DNA of 64,000 nucleotides from Armatimonadota bacterium (GTDB lineage Bacteria; Armatimonadota; SYMT01): NCBI GenBank assembly GCA_046292385.1, contig JBKBRF010000004.1, positions 192,001 to 256,000 of the forward strand, read 5' to 3'. Shown piece by piece: positions 17,805 to 27,573 of this stretch (position 1 is its first letter; each line of letters starts with the position of its first letter). The notes under the pieces were generated by a model. It saw only the letters and a program-made list of their open reading frames with translations, ran no database searches and was not told where the DNA came from. The position numbers and the translations under genes were made by a program.

Positions 17805-20135
17805 GTGCCGGATGTTCTCGGGACCCAGAAGAATTTCTCAAGCCTCTCTGTGAGGGATTTGCTGTTCGCGCGCGACCTGTACCACTACCACCTGCTCAAC
17901 AAGGAGAACGTGGTTGGCACCGCCGTCGGGCTCTATCTGATCCGCAAGGAAGACCCGTATCCGGAGCAGATACGGAAGTCACGGACCGAGGCCAGAAACG
18001 ACAGGGGGGAACGATCCTCGAACCGATCCGCCCGTACCTTCGCGAATTCAGAGGTTCGAGACTACTCGTGGCCGTGTGTCCTGGCGCTGGTGCGGGACTG
18101 GGTGAAGGAGTCTGACTTTGGTGGACGGGGTCTGCATCCGGAACAGATGGTTCCGAAGACCCTCTACTTGCCAGACGGCCGCATGGTCCCGGTCTGCGTG
18201 GTGGAAGTACAGCAGGGAGAGCCGAGCGAGCTTGTGCTCCCCAACTGGCAGTGGCCGTCCGGGCTGTTCGGAGGGGGCATGCCGATCGTGGCGGAAAACC
18301 AGGGAGTCTCCCGGCGAGCAACCACGGGCTGCCTCGTCACAGACGGACGTACCACTTACGCTCTCACGAGCCGCCACGCGTGCGGCGAGCCAGGGCAGCC
18401 CGTCTACACCATAGCGCGAGGGGAGCGCCGCCAGATCGGGCGCTCCAGCGACAAGCAGCTGAGTCGGCTGGAGTTTGTCGAGCTGTACCCGGAGTTCGCC
18501 GGGCAGCGAACCTACGTCAACCTCGACGTGGGCCTTGTCGAGTTGGATGATCTGAATGACTGGACCTCCCAGGTCTATGGGCTGGGCCAGGTTGGGGCCC
18601 TCGCGGACCTTAGCGAGGTCAACATCACTACCAGGCTGATTGACCAGCCGGTAGTCGCGTTGGGTGCCACCTCAGGTCGATTGGAAGGGCGGATCAAGGC
18701 GCTCTTTTACCGCTACAAGTCGGTCGGCGGGTACGACTACGTTGCCGACTTTCTAATCGCGCCCCGAGCGCTGGGTGCGTCTACCTCAAGGGAACAGCGG
18801 CATACCCAGACAGAGCCCGGCGACTCGGGGGCCGTGTGGCACCTCGTGACCAACCAGAAGCTCACCGGGGCCGATCCTGGTTGGACGGAGGACGACGAAT
18901 TCGAGGGTGAGCTCCGCCCGCTAGCCACCCAGTGGGGAGGACAGGTATTCGTTGAGAGTGCGGCGGAGCAGCGCTTCTCCTTCGCCCTGGCTACCAGTCT
19001 CACCATCGTGTCGCGGACTCTCGATGTGGAGCTGGTGCAGGAGCACAATACGGGCGTGCGGCCCTACTGGGGTCAAATGGGGCACTATAGCATCGCCACC
19101 TTTGCAACGCGGGCCCTGGCGAGCGGCAAGTTGAAGACCCTGGTCTCGAACAACGTAGACCGCATCAGCTTCGCCCCTGGAGAGCTCACACCATCGGAGA
19201 TTGCGGCACGACTCAAGGAAGCACGTGACACGGGTGGCTTCGTGCCGCTGGCGGACGTGCCGGACATCATCTGGAAGAAGCACAAATCCCAAGTGAAGGG
19301 TGGTCGGGATGACCAGTTTGTCGGCGGGCGCCCGACGGGTCCGGAGCACCCTACTCACTACGCCGACATCGACGAGCCTCGTCAAACAGATCAGAAGACG
19401 CTGCGGCAGCTCTGTCTCGAAAACGCGGCGAACCTTTCCGTCTCCTTCTGGCAACAGTTCTATGACGCTGCCGGACACCATGCGTCGCGCGACCGCGGCC
19501 TTCTCCCTTTCAGGGTGTGGCAGTTCTTCGACGAAATGAAGAAATCAGCCGCCGAGAAAGATGTGGACCGCTTTCTCTGTGCGGCGGGTATTGTCTCTCA
19601 CTACGTTGGTGACGCGTGCCAGACTCTCCACGGATCGATCTACGCGGACGGGTATCCGGACGGAGGTGGAAAGGGGATTCACTCCGCCTACGAGACCCGG
19701 ATGATCGACCGATATGCGTCAGATCTGAGGAAGGGGATCAGCCAGGCGGTACAGGACCCGGGAGCCCCACTGCCGACGATCCAAACCGGCAAGCAAGCAG
19801 CACTCGCAGTAATCGAGCTGATGGATCGGAGTGCGCAGCGGATACCTCCGACGGAGCTGGTCGACAAGTACATCGATGCCGGTGGGGGCGCGTCGGCCAA
19901 AGTCTTGAAGGCACTTTGGGACGCGTTCGGCGACGCTACGATCCAGGCCATGGCCGACGGTGCCCGCGTCCTCGCACAGATTTGGGCTGGAGCGTGGAAC
20001 GCGGGACAGGGAGACAAGATCACCACGGGTCAGTTGGTCGGCCGAGACTGGGGCAAGCTCCAGACCCTCTACGAGGACCCTGACTTCGTACCGTCTCTGG
20101 ACCTGGACCACATCGGAACCGTGCTCCAGCCTTGA
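17805..20135 (+). CDS. Trypsin-like serine protease fused to S1/P1 nuclease (Zn-phospholipase C fold) domain
   Basis: Triad LTSRH191, LD241VGL, GDS341G; nuclease motifs W422GQMGH, VPD, HYAD, HYVGDACQTLH, HSAYE; no signal peptide. Confidence 0.82.
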   Translation: MPDVLGTQKNFSSLSVRDLLFARDLYHYHLLNKENVVGTAVGLYLIRKEDPYPEQIRKSRTEARNDRGERSSNRSARTFANSEVRDYSWPCVLALVRDWVKESDFGGRGLHPEQMVPKTLYLPDGRMVPVCVVEVQQGEPSELVLPNWQWPSGLFGGGMPIVAENQGVSRRATTGCLVTDGRTTYALTSRHACGEPGQPVYTIARGERRQIGRSSDKQLSRLEFVELYPEFAGQRTYVNLDVGLVELDDLNDWTSQVYGLGQVGALADLSEVNITTRLIDQPVVALGATSGRLEGRIKALFYRYKSVGGYDYVADFLIAPRALGASTSREQRHTQTEPGDSGAVWHLVTNQKLTGADPGWTEDDEFEGELRPLATQWGGQVFVESAAEQRFSFALATSLTIVSRTLDVELVQEHNTGVRPYWGQMGHYSIATFATRALASGKLKTLVSNNVDRISFAPGELTPSEIAARLKEARDTGGFVPLADVPDIIWKKHKSQVKGGRDDQFVGGRPTGPEHPTHYADIDEPRQTDQKTLRQLCLENAANLSVSFWQQFYDAAGHHASRDRGLLPFRVWQFFDEMKKSAAEKDVDRFLCAAGIVSHYVGDACQTLHGSIYADGYPDGGGKGIHSAYETRMIDRYASDLRKGISQAVQDPGAPLPTIQTGKQAALAVIELMDRSAQRIPPTELVDKYIDAGGGASAKVLKALWDAFGDATIQAMADGARVLAQIWAGAWNAGQGDKITTGQLVGRDWGKLQTLYEDPDFVPSLDLDHIGTVLQP

Positions 20136-20278
20136 CGTAATCAGCTCCGGTACTCCAGTCCGCTCGCTGCCTGTTCTGCTCTGTCGGCCAGGCAGTGAGC
20201 GGCACTCTTGCATCACATCCGCCGAACCGTCGCCAACCGCCCGAATGGAAGAGCGTCAGGATAGGTAGCGACCGGCGG

Positions 20279-21877
20279 TCAGTCCGGAGGCGGGAAGAGC
20301 ACGTTCAGCGCGAGGAAGGCGAAGCCGTTGTTGACGAAGTGGGCCACCATTGCCGGCACCAGCGACTGCCGCCATTCGTAGAGCGCCGCGAAGGCGGCTC
20401 CGAGCAGGGCGATCGGGATGAAGCCGAGCGGGAGCTGGGGGTGCAGGAACGAGAAGAAAGCCGCGCTCGCGAGCAGCGCGTACGCGATGCCGTGGTGCCG
20501 GCGGATGGCGCCGTAGAGGCAGCCGCGGAAGAAGATCTCTTCCAGCAGCGGCGCGCCGATCGCGGCGCCGATGAAGAGCGCCGTCCGGATCTCCCAGCTC
20601 GCGGAGGTGGCGACCATCCCGGAGAGCGGATGGTAGGGCGGAGGGACGCCCGGGAAGAGCTTGTTGCTCACCCACTGGATCAGGAGCCCGACCACCAGGT
20701 TGGCCGGAATCAGGATCACCGCGGCCATCACGCCGATCAGCACGTTCGCGCCGAAGTGCCGGCGCGTGAGGCCGATCTCCCCCAGGTTGAGGCCCCGCCC
20801 GCGCAGCCGGATCCAGAGGTAGGCGATCGCCGGCAGCTGCGCCACGTCCTGCGCCAGCAGGAGGCCCGCGGCGAGCCCGGGCTGCAGCTCCGGGGAGATG
20901 CGGCGGCCGCCGGACACCAGCAGCGACGGCAGCACCGTGAGCGCCATCATCAGGATGAAGGTCTCCCACAGGATCGGCGCCACCGCGTGCAGCCGCACCG
21001 GCGCGCGGCGCAGCACCCCCTGCGCTACCAGCACCCAGATCACCGCGGCAGAGATCAGCCCGAGCAGCGGAAGCCCGAGCAGCGTGAACAGGTTGATCGC
21101 GCCGGTATTGGCAGTCTGCACGCTGGCGGTGCGATAGACCTCCTGCTCCACCGCCGGAGGCACCGTGTCCTCACCCAGCCGGCGATAGGCGGCGAGCTTG
21201 GCGAGGGAGCGGAACCAGCCGAGCTGCCAGCGGTCGAGCTGCCGGGACGCGGCTTCGATCTCCGCGGGCGTCGGCGGCTTCGGGCCGAACAGCTCGCTCC
21301 AGACCTGCCGCTCCAGCCGGGCGCGCGCGGGGTCGCGGCGTGGATCGGAGAGGATCTTGGCGGTCGCGCGCAGCTCTTTGAGCGCGCCGGCATAATCCCC
21401 CCGCTCGGCGAGCATGATCCCGAGGGTCCGGTGGATCGCCGCGCTTTCCGGCAGGAGCTCCGAGGCCTTTCGGACCTTCTCGACCGCCTCGTCTGGATTC
21501 AGCCGGGCTTCCGAGGCGATCGATTGCCCGGCGAAGCGCGCGAACGCGGCGCGGTAGGTGGCGACTCCCTCCACGTACTGTTCGAAGCCCCTTCCCTGCG
21601 GTCGCGGCCCTCCCTTCTGGGGAACCCACTGCGAGGTGAAGAGGAAGCAGGTGATCCCGCCGAGCAGCGCAAAGCCGGCGCGGCGCGCCACGCTCCGCGC
21701 ATCTCCGCCCCAGCCCTCGCCGTCGTAGCCGAGTACCCGGTAGAGCAGCAGCAGGACGAGGAGCGACACGACGATCCGCAGCGCGGCCATCCCCCACGGC
21801 GGGAGGTCGAGCGGGGCGGCGAGGAAGCCGGCGAGGTAGGGGAGACCCGGAAGATCGGGGAGGGAGGGGGAGAGCAT
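20279..21877 (-). CDS. CPBP (CAAX/Abi) intramembrane glutamic endopeptidase with TPR-like soluble domain
   Basis: APLLEEIFFRG, FSFLH, AHFVNN; helical TPR-like region. Confidence 0.88.
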   Translation of the reverse strand: MLSPSLPDLPGLPYLAGFLAAPLDLPPWGMAALRIVVSLLVLLLLYRVLGYDGEGWGGDARSVARRAGFALLGGITCFLFTSQWVPQKGGPRPQGRGFEQYVEGVATYRAAFARFAGQSIASEARLNPDEAVEKVRKASELLPESAAIHRTLGIMLAERGDYAGALKELRATAKILSDPRRDPARARLERQVWSELFGPKPPTPAEIEAASRQLDRWQLGWFRSLAKLAAYRRLGEDTVPPAVEQEVYRTASVQTANTGAINLFTLLGLPLLGLISAAVIWVLVAQGVLRRAPVRLHAVAPILWETFILMMALTVLPSLLVSGGRRISPELQPGLAAGLLLAQDVAQLPAIAYLWIRLRGRGLNLGEIGLTRRHFGANVLIGVMAAVILIPANLVVGLLIQWVSNKLFPGVPPPYHPLSGMVATSASWEIRTALFIGAAIGAPLLEEIFFRGCLYGAIRRHHGIAYALLASAAFFSFLHPQLPLGFIPIALLGAAFAALYEWRQSLVPAMVAHFVNNGFAFLALNVLFPPPD

Positions 21878-21884
21878 GCGCGCC

Positions 21885-22574
21885 TTACCGGGCAGCTCGG
21901 GCCGGCATCAGGGTGCTGCCCTCCCGCTGCAGCCGCTCCCACTCCTCGCGGCGGATTACCATGTCGATGATGAGTGGACGCACCAGCCCGTAGTCCCACC
22001 GGAAGAGGTGGCGGATCGGCTGGTACTCCGGATTGCGGAACACGCCCGCGGAGTCGGTCTGCGGCTCGCCCCAGCGCTCTCCGGAGCGCCGGAAGCCGCA
22101 CTTCTGGTAAACGCGGAAGGCGCGGTGGTTGAACGCCGCTACGTCGAGGAAGAGCACCTTCATCTGCAGGCCGGTGAAATAGTAGCGCAGGAAGGTGCGC
22201 AGGGCGTCGGTGCCGAGCCCCTGGTCCAGCCGCTCCGGATGGAACGAGATGCCGAGCACGGAGGCGCCGGCGTGCCAGTCGATGTCCCGGATCGAGATGC
22301 GGCCGACGTACTCGCCGCCCAGGTCGTCCACGCTGTACTGGCGCGAATTCGGCGCGGTGCGGTGCTGCTGGTAGTAGACGTCGCGCTGGCGGGGGCTCAG
22401 GTTCGGCGCGTTGTAGCCGTCCCAGAGCGGATCCCGGTGGCGGGGCCAGGCGATCCAGCGGTCCACGTCGGCGCGGGCGAACTCCCGCAAGACCGTCTTC
22501 TCCCCACGGCAGAGAATCCGGGACGCGGCAGGGGGTGCGGCTGCGGGTGTCGGGACGCGCCTCCCGAAAATCAT
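21885..22574 (-). CDS. GNAT (RimJ/RimL-like) N-acetyltransferase
   Basis: QGLGTDAL; NHRAFRVYQKCGF. Confidence 0.85.
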   Translation of the reverse strand: MIFGRRVPTPAAAPPAASRILCRGEKTVLREFARADVDRWIAWPRHRDPLWDGYNAPNLSPRQRDVYYQQHRTAPNSRQYSVDDLGGEYVGRISIRDIDWHAGASVLGISFHPERLDQGLGTDALRTFLRYYFTGLQMKVLFLDVAAFNHRAFRVYQKCGFRRSGERWGEPQTDSAGVFRNPEYQPIRHLFRWDYGLVRPLIIDMVIRREEWERLQREGSTLMPARAAR

Positions 22575-22826
22575 GCTCTTCCTCCACCCCACGGTCGGCT
22601 GAACGGGGCTACGCTCGACTCGTTCCCACCGCATGCCGCGCGGCAAACTCCGGCACCGCCCCGGCCGGTCACCTCTGCACTCTATCTGAAGTGTAACGGA
22701 CCTTCGCCGCCTCTGCCGCGACCGGCCAACCCCTCGTTCTGCCGGGCGGGGCGGAGGTCCCTGCTCTCCCGGTCGAGAATCGCCTGGTAGAGAGCTTCTC
22801 GGAACACTTTGGGAGACCAGATTGGC

Positions 22827-23990
22827 ATGAACCGCTTGGGTGCGCTCTTCAACCGCCGCGCCGGTGCCGGCGCCGAGCCGGCCGCGCCGGGTGAGCCGTC
22901 GGCAGAGGGATCGGCCGACCTCGCCGCTGAGATCGCCGAGGGATTCGACTTCCTCTACGGAGAGCTTCAGAAGCTCGCCGCGCGGGTGGAGGAGCTGGAG
23001 CAGGGGCGGCCGGCACAGGCGGCGGAGGCGCGGAGCGCGAGGGAGCTGGCCGCCAGCGCCCTGGAGCGGCTGGAGCGATTGGAAAAGCAGCCGCGTCCGC
23101 AGTCCGCGGTGAGCCCTGCCGCCGCTTCCACCCCGCCGCCGGCCCCCGCCTCGGCGCTGTCGGCGGCGTGGTCCGGCGCGCCGCTCGCGCTGCGGATCGG
23201 CTTCCTGAGCGCCCTGCTGGGGGCCGAGCATCCGCTGCAGGGCGCGCTTCACAAGGCGGCCGGTCTGCTCGACCTGCTCCAGCGCCCGGACGACCTCCGA
23301 ACCTGGGCGCGGCAGGATCCGCAGGCGCTGGCAGAGGCGAGGGCGACCGTGCAGCAGGGCGCGGGCTTTGCGGCGGGAACCGATCCGGAGACGCTCGCCG
23401 TGGAGATCGTCCGGGAGGCGGCCGGCTCCGTCGAGGCCGGCCTCTCTCGCCTCGACCCCGGCAGCGGACCCGCGGCGGCGGCGCCGCCTCCGGTGACGGC
23501 CGCTACGAGCTCCGCCGTGCCGGAGGCATCCGATCTCGGCTGGCTGCAGGTGCTGGAGGAACAGAGCCGGGGGGAATCGTCGTGGGCGGTGAGCACCGCG
23601 ATGCGCGCCCTGACTCAGCTCACCGAGGCCGCGGGGCGCGGGGAGCCGGATGAGGGCTCGCTGCGGCGGCAATTGACCTCCCTCCTCCCGCTGCTTTCCG
23701 CCGACGACGGCGCGCCGCCGGCTGGCGTGCCGGAGAGCTGGCTGGACGGCTTCCTGGCGGTGCGGCCGGAGCTGCTGGCCTGGCTCCGCTCGGCGCTGCA
23801 GGTGGAGCTCGGCGCGCCGGAGCCCGGAACGCCGTTCGATCCCGCTGTCATGGAAGCCGTGGGGGAGCGGCAGCCGATGAATCCCGCGGATGCCGGCACC
23901 GTGGCCCGCGCGGAGCGGGTGGGCGCCTACCGGCACGGCCGGGTGCTCGTTCCCACGCGCGTGGTGCGATATGTCTCCACGGTGGAGTAG
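22827..23990 (+). CDS. Hypothetical protein with coiled coil and C-terminal GrpE-like head
   Basis: GTPFDPAVMEAV...GTVARAERVG...GRVLVPTRVV resembles the GrpE beta domain. Confidence 0.6.
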   Translation: MNRLGALFNRRAGAGAEPAAPGEPSAEGSADLAAEIAEGFDFLYGELQKLAARVEELEQGRPAQAAEARSARELAASALERLERLEKQPRPQSAVSPAAASTPPPAPASALSAAWSGAPLALRIGFLSALLGAEHPLQGALHKAAGLLDLLQRPDDLRTWARQDPQALAEARATVQQGAGFAAGTDPETLAVEIVREAAGSVEAGLSRLDPGSGPAAAAPPPVTAATSSAVPEASDLGWLQVLEEQSRGESSWAVSTAMRALTQLTEAAGRGEPDEGSLRRQLTSLLPLLSADDGAPPAGVPESWLDGFLAVRPELLAWLRSALQVELGAPEPGTPFDPAVMEAVGERQPMNPADAGTVARAERVGAYRHGRVLVPTRVVRYVSTVE

Positions 23991-24117
23991 CGTCCCATCC
24001 GGGTCGGGCAGGACCCGCCGGTCACTCTCCCGAACGGGGGCTCAGCGCCCGGCCCGCGGAGGCCGCGTCCGCCGGCTACGATTTGCGGCTCTGCCGCGCG
24101 AAAGACAGGAGCTATCG

Positions 24118-25656
24118 ATGAGGAAACGCGCCTTGCTGGTCGTCCCCGCGACCCTGGGCCTGCTGGCGGCCGCCCCGGCCGCGGCGGAGGTGAGCCCCAA
24201 CCCGCTCTTCTCCGACAACATGGTGCTGCAGCAGGGGAAGTCGGTACCGGTATGGGGGACCGCCCGGGACGGCGAGCGGGTGACGGTGCGGTTCGGCACC
24301 CAGACCATCTCCACCACCGCTCGCGACGGCAAGTGGATGGTCCGCCTCCGCCCTCTCGCGGCGAGCAGCGACCCGCAGCGGATGACGATCTCCGGCGACA
24401 ACACCCTTACGCTCAATAACGTGCTGGTGGGGGAGGTCTGGATCTGCAGCGGGCAGTCGAACATGCAGTGGCCGGTGAGCCTGAGCCACGATCCGGACAG
24501 CGTGGCGGCGCGCAGCTACGACGAGATCCGCCTGCTTACTGTGCCGCGCGTGGCGACCAACGAGCCGCTCTCCCGCGTCCAGGTGAGCTGGGTGGAGCCG
24601 GACGACAAGTCGATCCGGGACTTCTCCGCGGTGGCGCTCCACTTCGGCAAGACGCTCCAGCGGGAGCTCGGCGTGCCGATCGGACTGATCAGCACCAACT
24701 TCGGCGGCACCCCGGCGGAGGCGTGGACCCGCCGCGAGATCCTGGCGAGGGAATTCCCGCAGATCCTGGAGAACCAGAGCCGCGCGGAGGCGAATTACGC
24801 CGCGGCGAGGGTCGACTACCAGCTCGCGCTCTCCGCGCACCGCCGCGCGGTGGAAGAGGCGAAGGCGCGCGGGCAGCAGCCGCCCCCCGCGCCGCGCCAG
24901 CCCGGCGACCCGGGCCAGAGCCCGCAGCGGCCGACCGGCCTCTACAACGCGATGATCGCGCCGCTGGTCCCGTACGCCATCCGCGGGGCGATCTGGTACC
25001 AGGGCGAGTCGAACGCCGGGGCCGCCCACCAGTACCATCGCCTCTTCCCGGCGATGATCCGCAACTGGCGCGAGGACTGGGGCCAGGGAGACTTCCCGTT
25101 CCTCTTCGTCCAGCTCGCCCCGTTCATGCAGATCACCCGCCAGCCGACCGAGAGCGCCTGGGCGGAGCTCCGCGAGGCGCAGCTCTACACGCTCCGCACC
25201 GTGCCGAACACCGGCATGGCGGTGATCACCGACGTCGGCGACGAGAAGGACATCCACCCGAAGGCGAAGGAGCCGGTCGGCTACCGTCTCGCCCTCTCCG
25301 CGCTCGGCACGGTCTACGGCCGCAACATCGTTCACTCCGGCCCGGTCTACCGCAGCCAGTCGGTGGCCGGCGATCGGATCGTCCTGAGCTTCGACCACGT
25401 AGGCAGCGGCCTCAGCTCCCAGGGCGGCACCCTGACCGGTTTCACCATCGCCGGGCCGGACCGCAAGTGGGTCGACGCGCAGGCGGAGATCCGCGGCGGC
25501 CAGGTGGTGGTGTGGAGCCCCCAGGTGAAGAACCCGGTGGCGGTGCGCTACGGCTGGGCGAACTTCCCGCTCGGCAACCTGTGGAACCGGGACGGCCTCC
25601 CCGCCACCCCGTTCCGCACGGACGACTTCCCGCTCACCACCGCGCCGAAGCAGTAG
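24118..25656 (+). CDS. Sialate O-acetylesterase (SASA/SGNH)
   Basis: FSDNMVLQ, GEVWICSGQSNM, WYQGESN, DIHP; signal peptide. Confidence 0.92.
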   Translation: MRKRALLVVPATLGLLAAAPAAAEVSPNPLFSDNMVLQQGKSVPVWGTARDGERVTVRFGTQTISTTARDGKWMVRLRPLAASSDPQRMTISGDNTLTLNNVLVGEVWICSGQSNMQWPVSLSHDPDSVAARSYDEIRLLTVPRVATNEPLSRVQVSWVEPDDKSIRDFSAVALHFGKTLQRELGVPIGLISTNFGGTPAEAWTRREILAREFPQILENQSRAEANYAAARVDYQLALSAHRRAVEEAKARGQQPPPAPRQPGDPGQSPQRPTGLYNAMIAPLVPYAIRGAIWYQGESNAGAAHQYHRLFPAMIRNWREDWGQGDFPFLFVQLAPFMQITRQPTESAWAELREAQLYTLRTVPNTGMAVITDVGDEKDIHPKAKEPVGYRLALSALGTVYGRNIVHSGPVYRSQSVAGDRIVLSFDHVGSGLSSQGGTLTGFTIAGPDRKWVDAQAEIRGGQVVVWSPQVKNPVAVRYGWANFPLGNLWNRDGLPATPFRTDDFPLTTAPKQ

Positions 25657-25688
25657 GACATCCGTTTGCTGCTGGGGTCCGGATCGGC

Positions 25689-25730
25689 AAAAAGGGGGGA
25701 GGCACCTTTACGGGGAGTGCCTCCCCCTTC
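25689..25730. terminator. Bidirectional terminator-like hairpin between convergent genes
   Basis: AAAAGGGGGGAGGCAC...GTGCCTCCCCCTT. Confidence 0.6.
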
Positions 25731-25781
25731 TGGTTCCCCCGCGCCCATTAGCCGACGAGCGATGTCGAGATCCTCGCGCAG

Positions 25782-26015
25782 TCAATCCGGCGCCGACGTG
25801 ACTTCACAGATCGCACCGAGCGCGGCGATCTCGCCTGCCAGCTCCACTGGAGACAGCCCGCTCGGAATCTCGACCACCGCGGACCGCCCTTCGAGCACGG
25901 CGTCCACCACGCCCTTGGCTTCCGGTAAGGAAAGCCGCGCCCGCGCCTGGAGGAGGCGGGTCAGCTGAATCTTACGAAGACCGGGCTTAAAGCCATTCAC
26001 GACCAGTCGGTTCAT
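25782..26015 (-). CDS. Small hypothetical protein, L7/L12 C-terminal-domain-like
   Basis: KIQLTRLL...LSLPEAKGVVD...IAALGA pattern. Confidence 0.5.
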   Translation of the reverse strand: MNRLVVNGFKPGLRKIQLTRLLQARARLSLPEAKGVVDAVLEGRSAVVEIPSGLSPVELAGEIAALGAICEVTSAPD

Positions 26016-26139
26016 GTCGCTCGTCCTTGCCGCTGAAACAAGCCTGCGGGGCCTGCTTTCGCTATCCCGGGTCCACCGGAGCAAACTCCCGGTCACCCGC
26101 TGCGCTCCTTGCAATTCTGCCGGTTCCTCGCGCCGATCC

Positions 26140-26451
26140 TCAGTAGCGAAAGCAGGCGTCTTTGCCGTCTATGTGAAGCACGAACTCTCTCACGACCCTA
26201 CCGCTCGACAGGGAGTGCAAGCTTAACCCCAGGGCGTCAATCCGGTCGTAGCACTTCTCCCACTCCTCCAGCTGGTCTTCATTCAACAAGCGCAGCTCTT
26301 CTTCGAAGATCAGACCTACCTGCTCAAAGCTCGCTGTAGGAATGAACTCACCGTTGAGCCAGGGCTGATCTAGACTCGTGAGGGATATCACGCCGAGCGC
26401 TTCTTCCCCCCGTCTCAGCTCCCACCGCTCCACCACTCGGCTCGTGCCCAT
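26140..26451 (-). CDS. Small acidic hypothetical protein
   Basis: Lower-GC ORF with natural-looking composition (DQPWLNGEF...FVLHIDGKDACFRY) and GGAG SD. Confidence 0.6.
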   Translation of the reverse strand: MGTSRVVERWELRRGEEALGVISLTSLDQPWLNGEFIPTASFEQVGLIFEEELRLLNEDQLEEWEKCYDRIDALGLSLHSLSSGRVVREFVLHIDGKDACFRY

Positions 26452-26660
26452 AGCTCTCCCTGACTTCGGACGGCTCCACTCCTGATCTCCGAGCCGGCGG
26501 CGCACCCTTTGCCGCGGAACGGTTCTCGACGATCGGGATTTCGACCGGGAGTCGGCAGTCGGACGAGCACGGCCGATCATTCATGATACATGAGACCACT
26601 CTCGTTTTGAGGCGGGAGACTCCGCCTCCCATCCCATCGACCACCCGGCCGGGTCCACAC

Positions 26661-27560
26661 GTGACCGACAGCTACGACCGCACCATTCAGGAGTTCCTGG
26701 GCCACCTGCGGGGGGAGCGCGCGCTTTCGCCGAACACCGTGGCCGCGTACGGGCGCGACCTCCGGGAGCTGGCGCGGTTCATGCGGGAGCGGGGGACCAC
26801 CCTGGCGCAGCTCGGCCGGGATGACCTGTTCGCGTTCGAGGCGCGGCTGCAGCGGCTGGGGCGGCGGCCGGCCAGCGTGGCGCGCAAACTCTCCGCGGTG
26901 AAGATGTTCCTAGCCTTCGCCTACCGGGAAGGTGACCGCGAGACCGCTCCTCCGGAGATCGAGGCGCCGCGGCTGCCCCGGTCGCTGCCGCACGCGCTGA
27001 CGGTCGAGGAAGTAGCCTTCCTACTCCGCGCGCCGGAGACCGATCATCCGGAGGGGCTGCGTGACCGCGCCATGCTGGAGCTGCTCTACGCCTCCGGCCT
27101 GCGCGTCTCGGAGCTCGTCTCCCTCAAGCCGGACGACGTGCGGATGGGGGAGGGGCTGGTGCGGTGCGTCGGCAAGGGCAGCAAGGAGCGTTTGGTGCCG
27201 GTCGCCGGAGCGGCGCTGCAGTGGCTCCGCCGCTACCTGGATGAAGCGCGTCCCGTGCTGGCGCAGGCGTGCCGCTCCCCCGCGCCGGAGCTGTTCCTGA
27301 CGGAGCGCGGCGCCGCCGACTCCCGCACCGCCGTCTGGAAGCGGATCAAGGAATACGCCCGGCAGGCGGGGATCCAGAGCCACGTGAGCCCGCACACGCT
27401 GCGCCACTCCTTCGCCACACACCTCCTCGCCGGCGGCGCCGACCTCCGCGCGATCCAGGAGATGCTGGGACACGCCGACATCGGCACCACCCAGATCTAC
27501 ACCCACGTCGACGACAGTCACCTCGGCGAGGTGTTCAAGAAGTTCCATCCGCGTGCCTGA
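26661..27560 (+). CDS. xerD: Tyrosine recombinase XerD
   Basis: LSPNTVAAYGRDL; LYASGLRVSEL; GKGSKER; HTLRHSFATHLL; LGHADIGTTQIY; ends HPRA. Confidence 0.9.
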   Translation: MTDSYDRTIQEFLGHLRGERALSPNTVAAYGRDLRELARFMRERGTTLAQLGRDDLFAFEARLQRLGRRPASVARKLSAVKMFLAFAYREGDRETAPPEIEAPRLPRSLPHALTVEEVAFLLRAPETDHPEGLRDRAMLELLYASGLRVSELVSLKPDDVRMGEGLVRCVGKGSKERLVPVAGAALQWLRRYLDEARPVLAQACRSPAPELFLTERGAADSRTAVWKRIKEYARQAGIQSHVSPHTLRHSFATHLLAGGADLRAIQEMLGHADIGTTQIYTHVDDSHLGEVFKKFHPRA

Positions 27561-27573
27561 GGCGCTTCGCGCC

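Noticed and set aside
21885..23936. 683-aa GNAT fusion in the ORF track
   Set aside because: N-terminal two-thirds is antisense to the + strand gene 22827-23990; the real GNAT starts near 22574
25782..27560. Integron (integrase plus cassettes)
   Set aside because: Recombinase is canonical XerD without the IntI-specific insertion; no RYYYAAC...GTTRRRY attC structures seen
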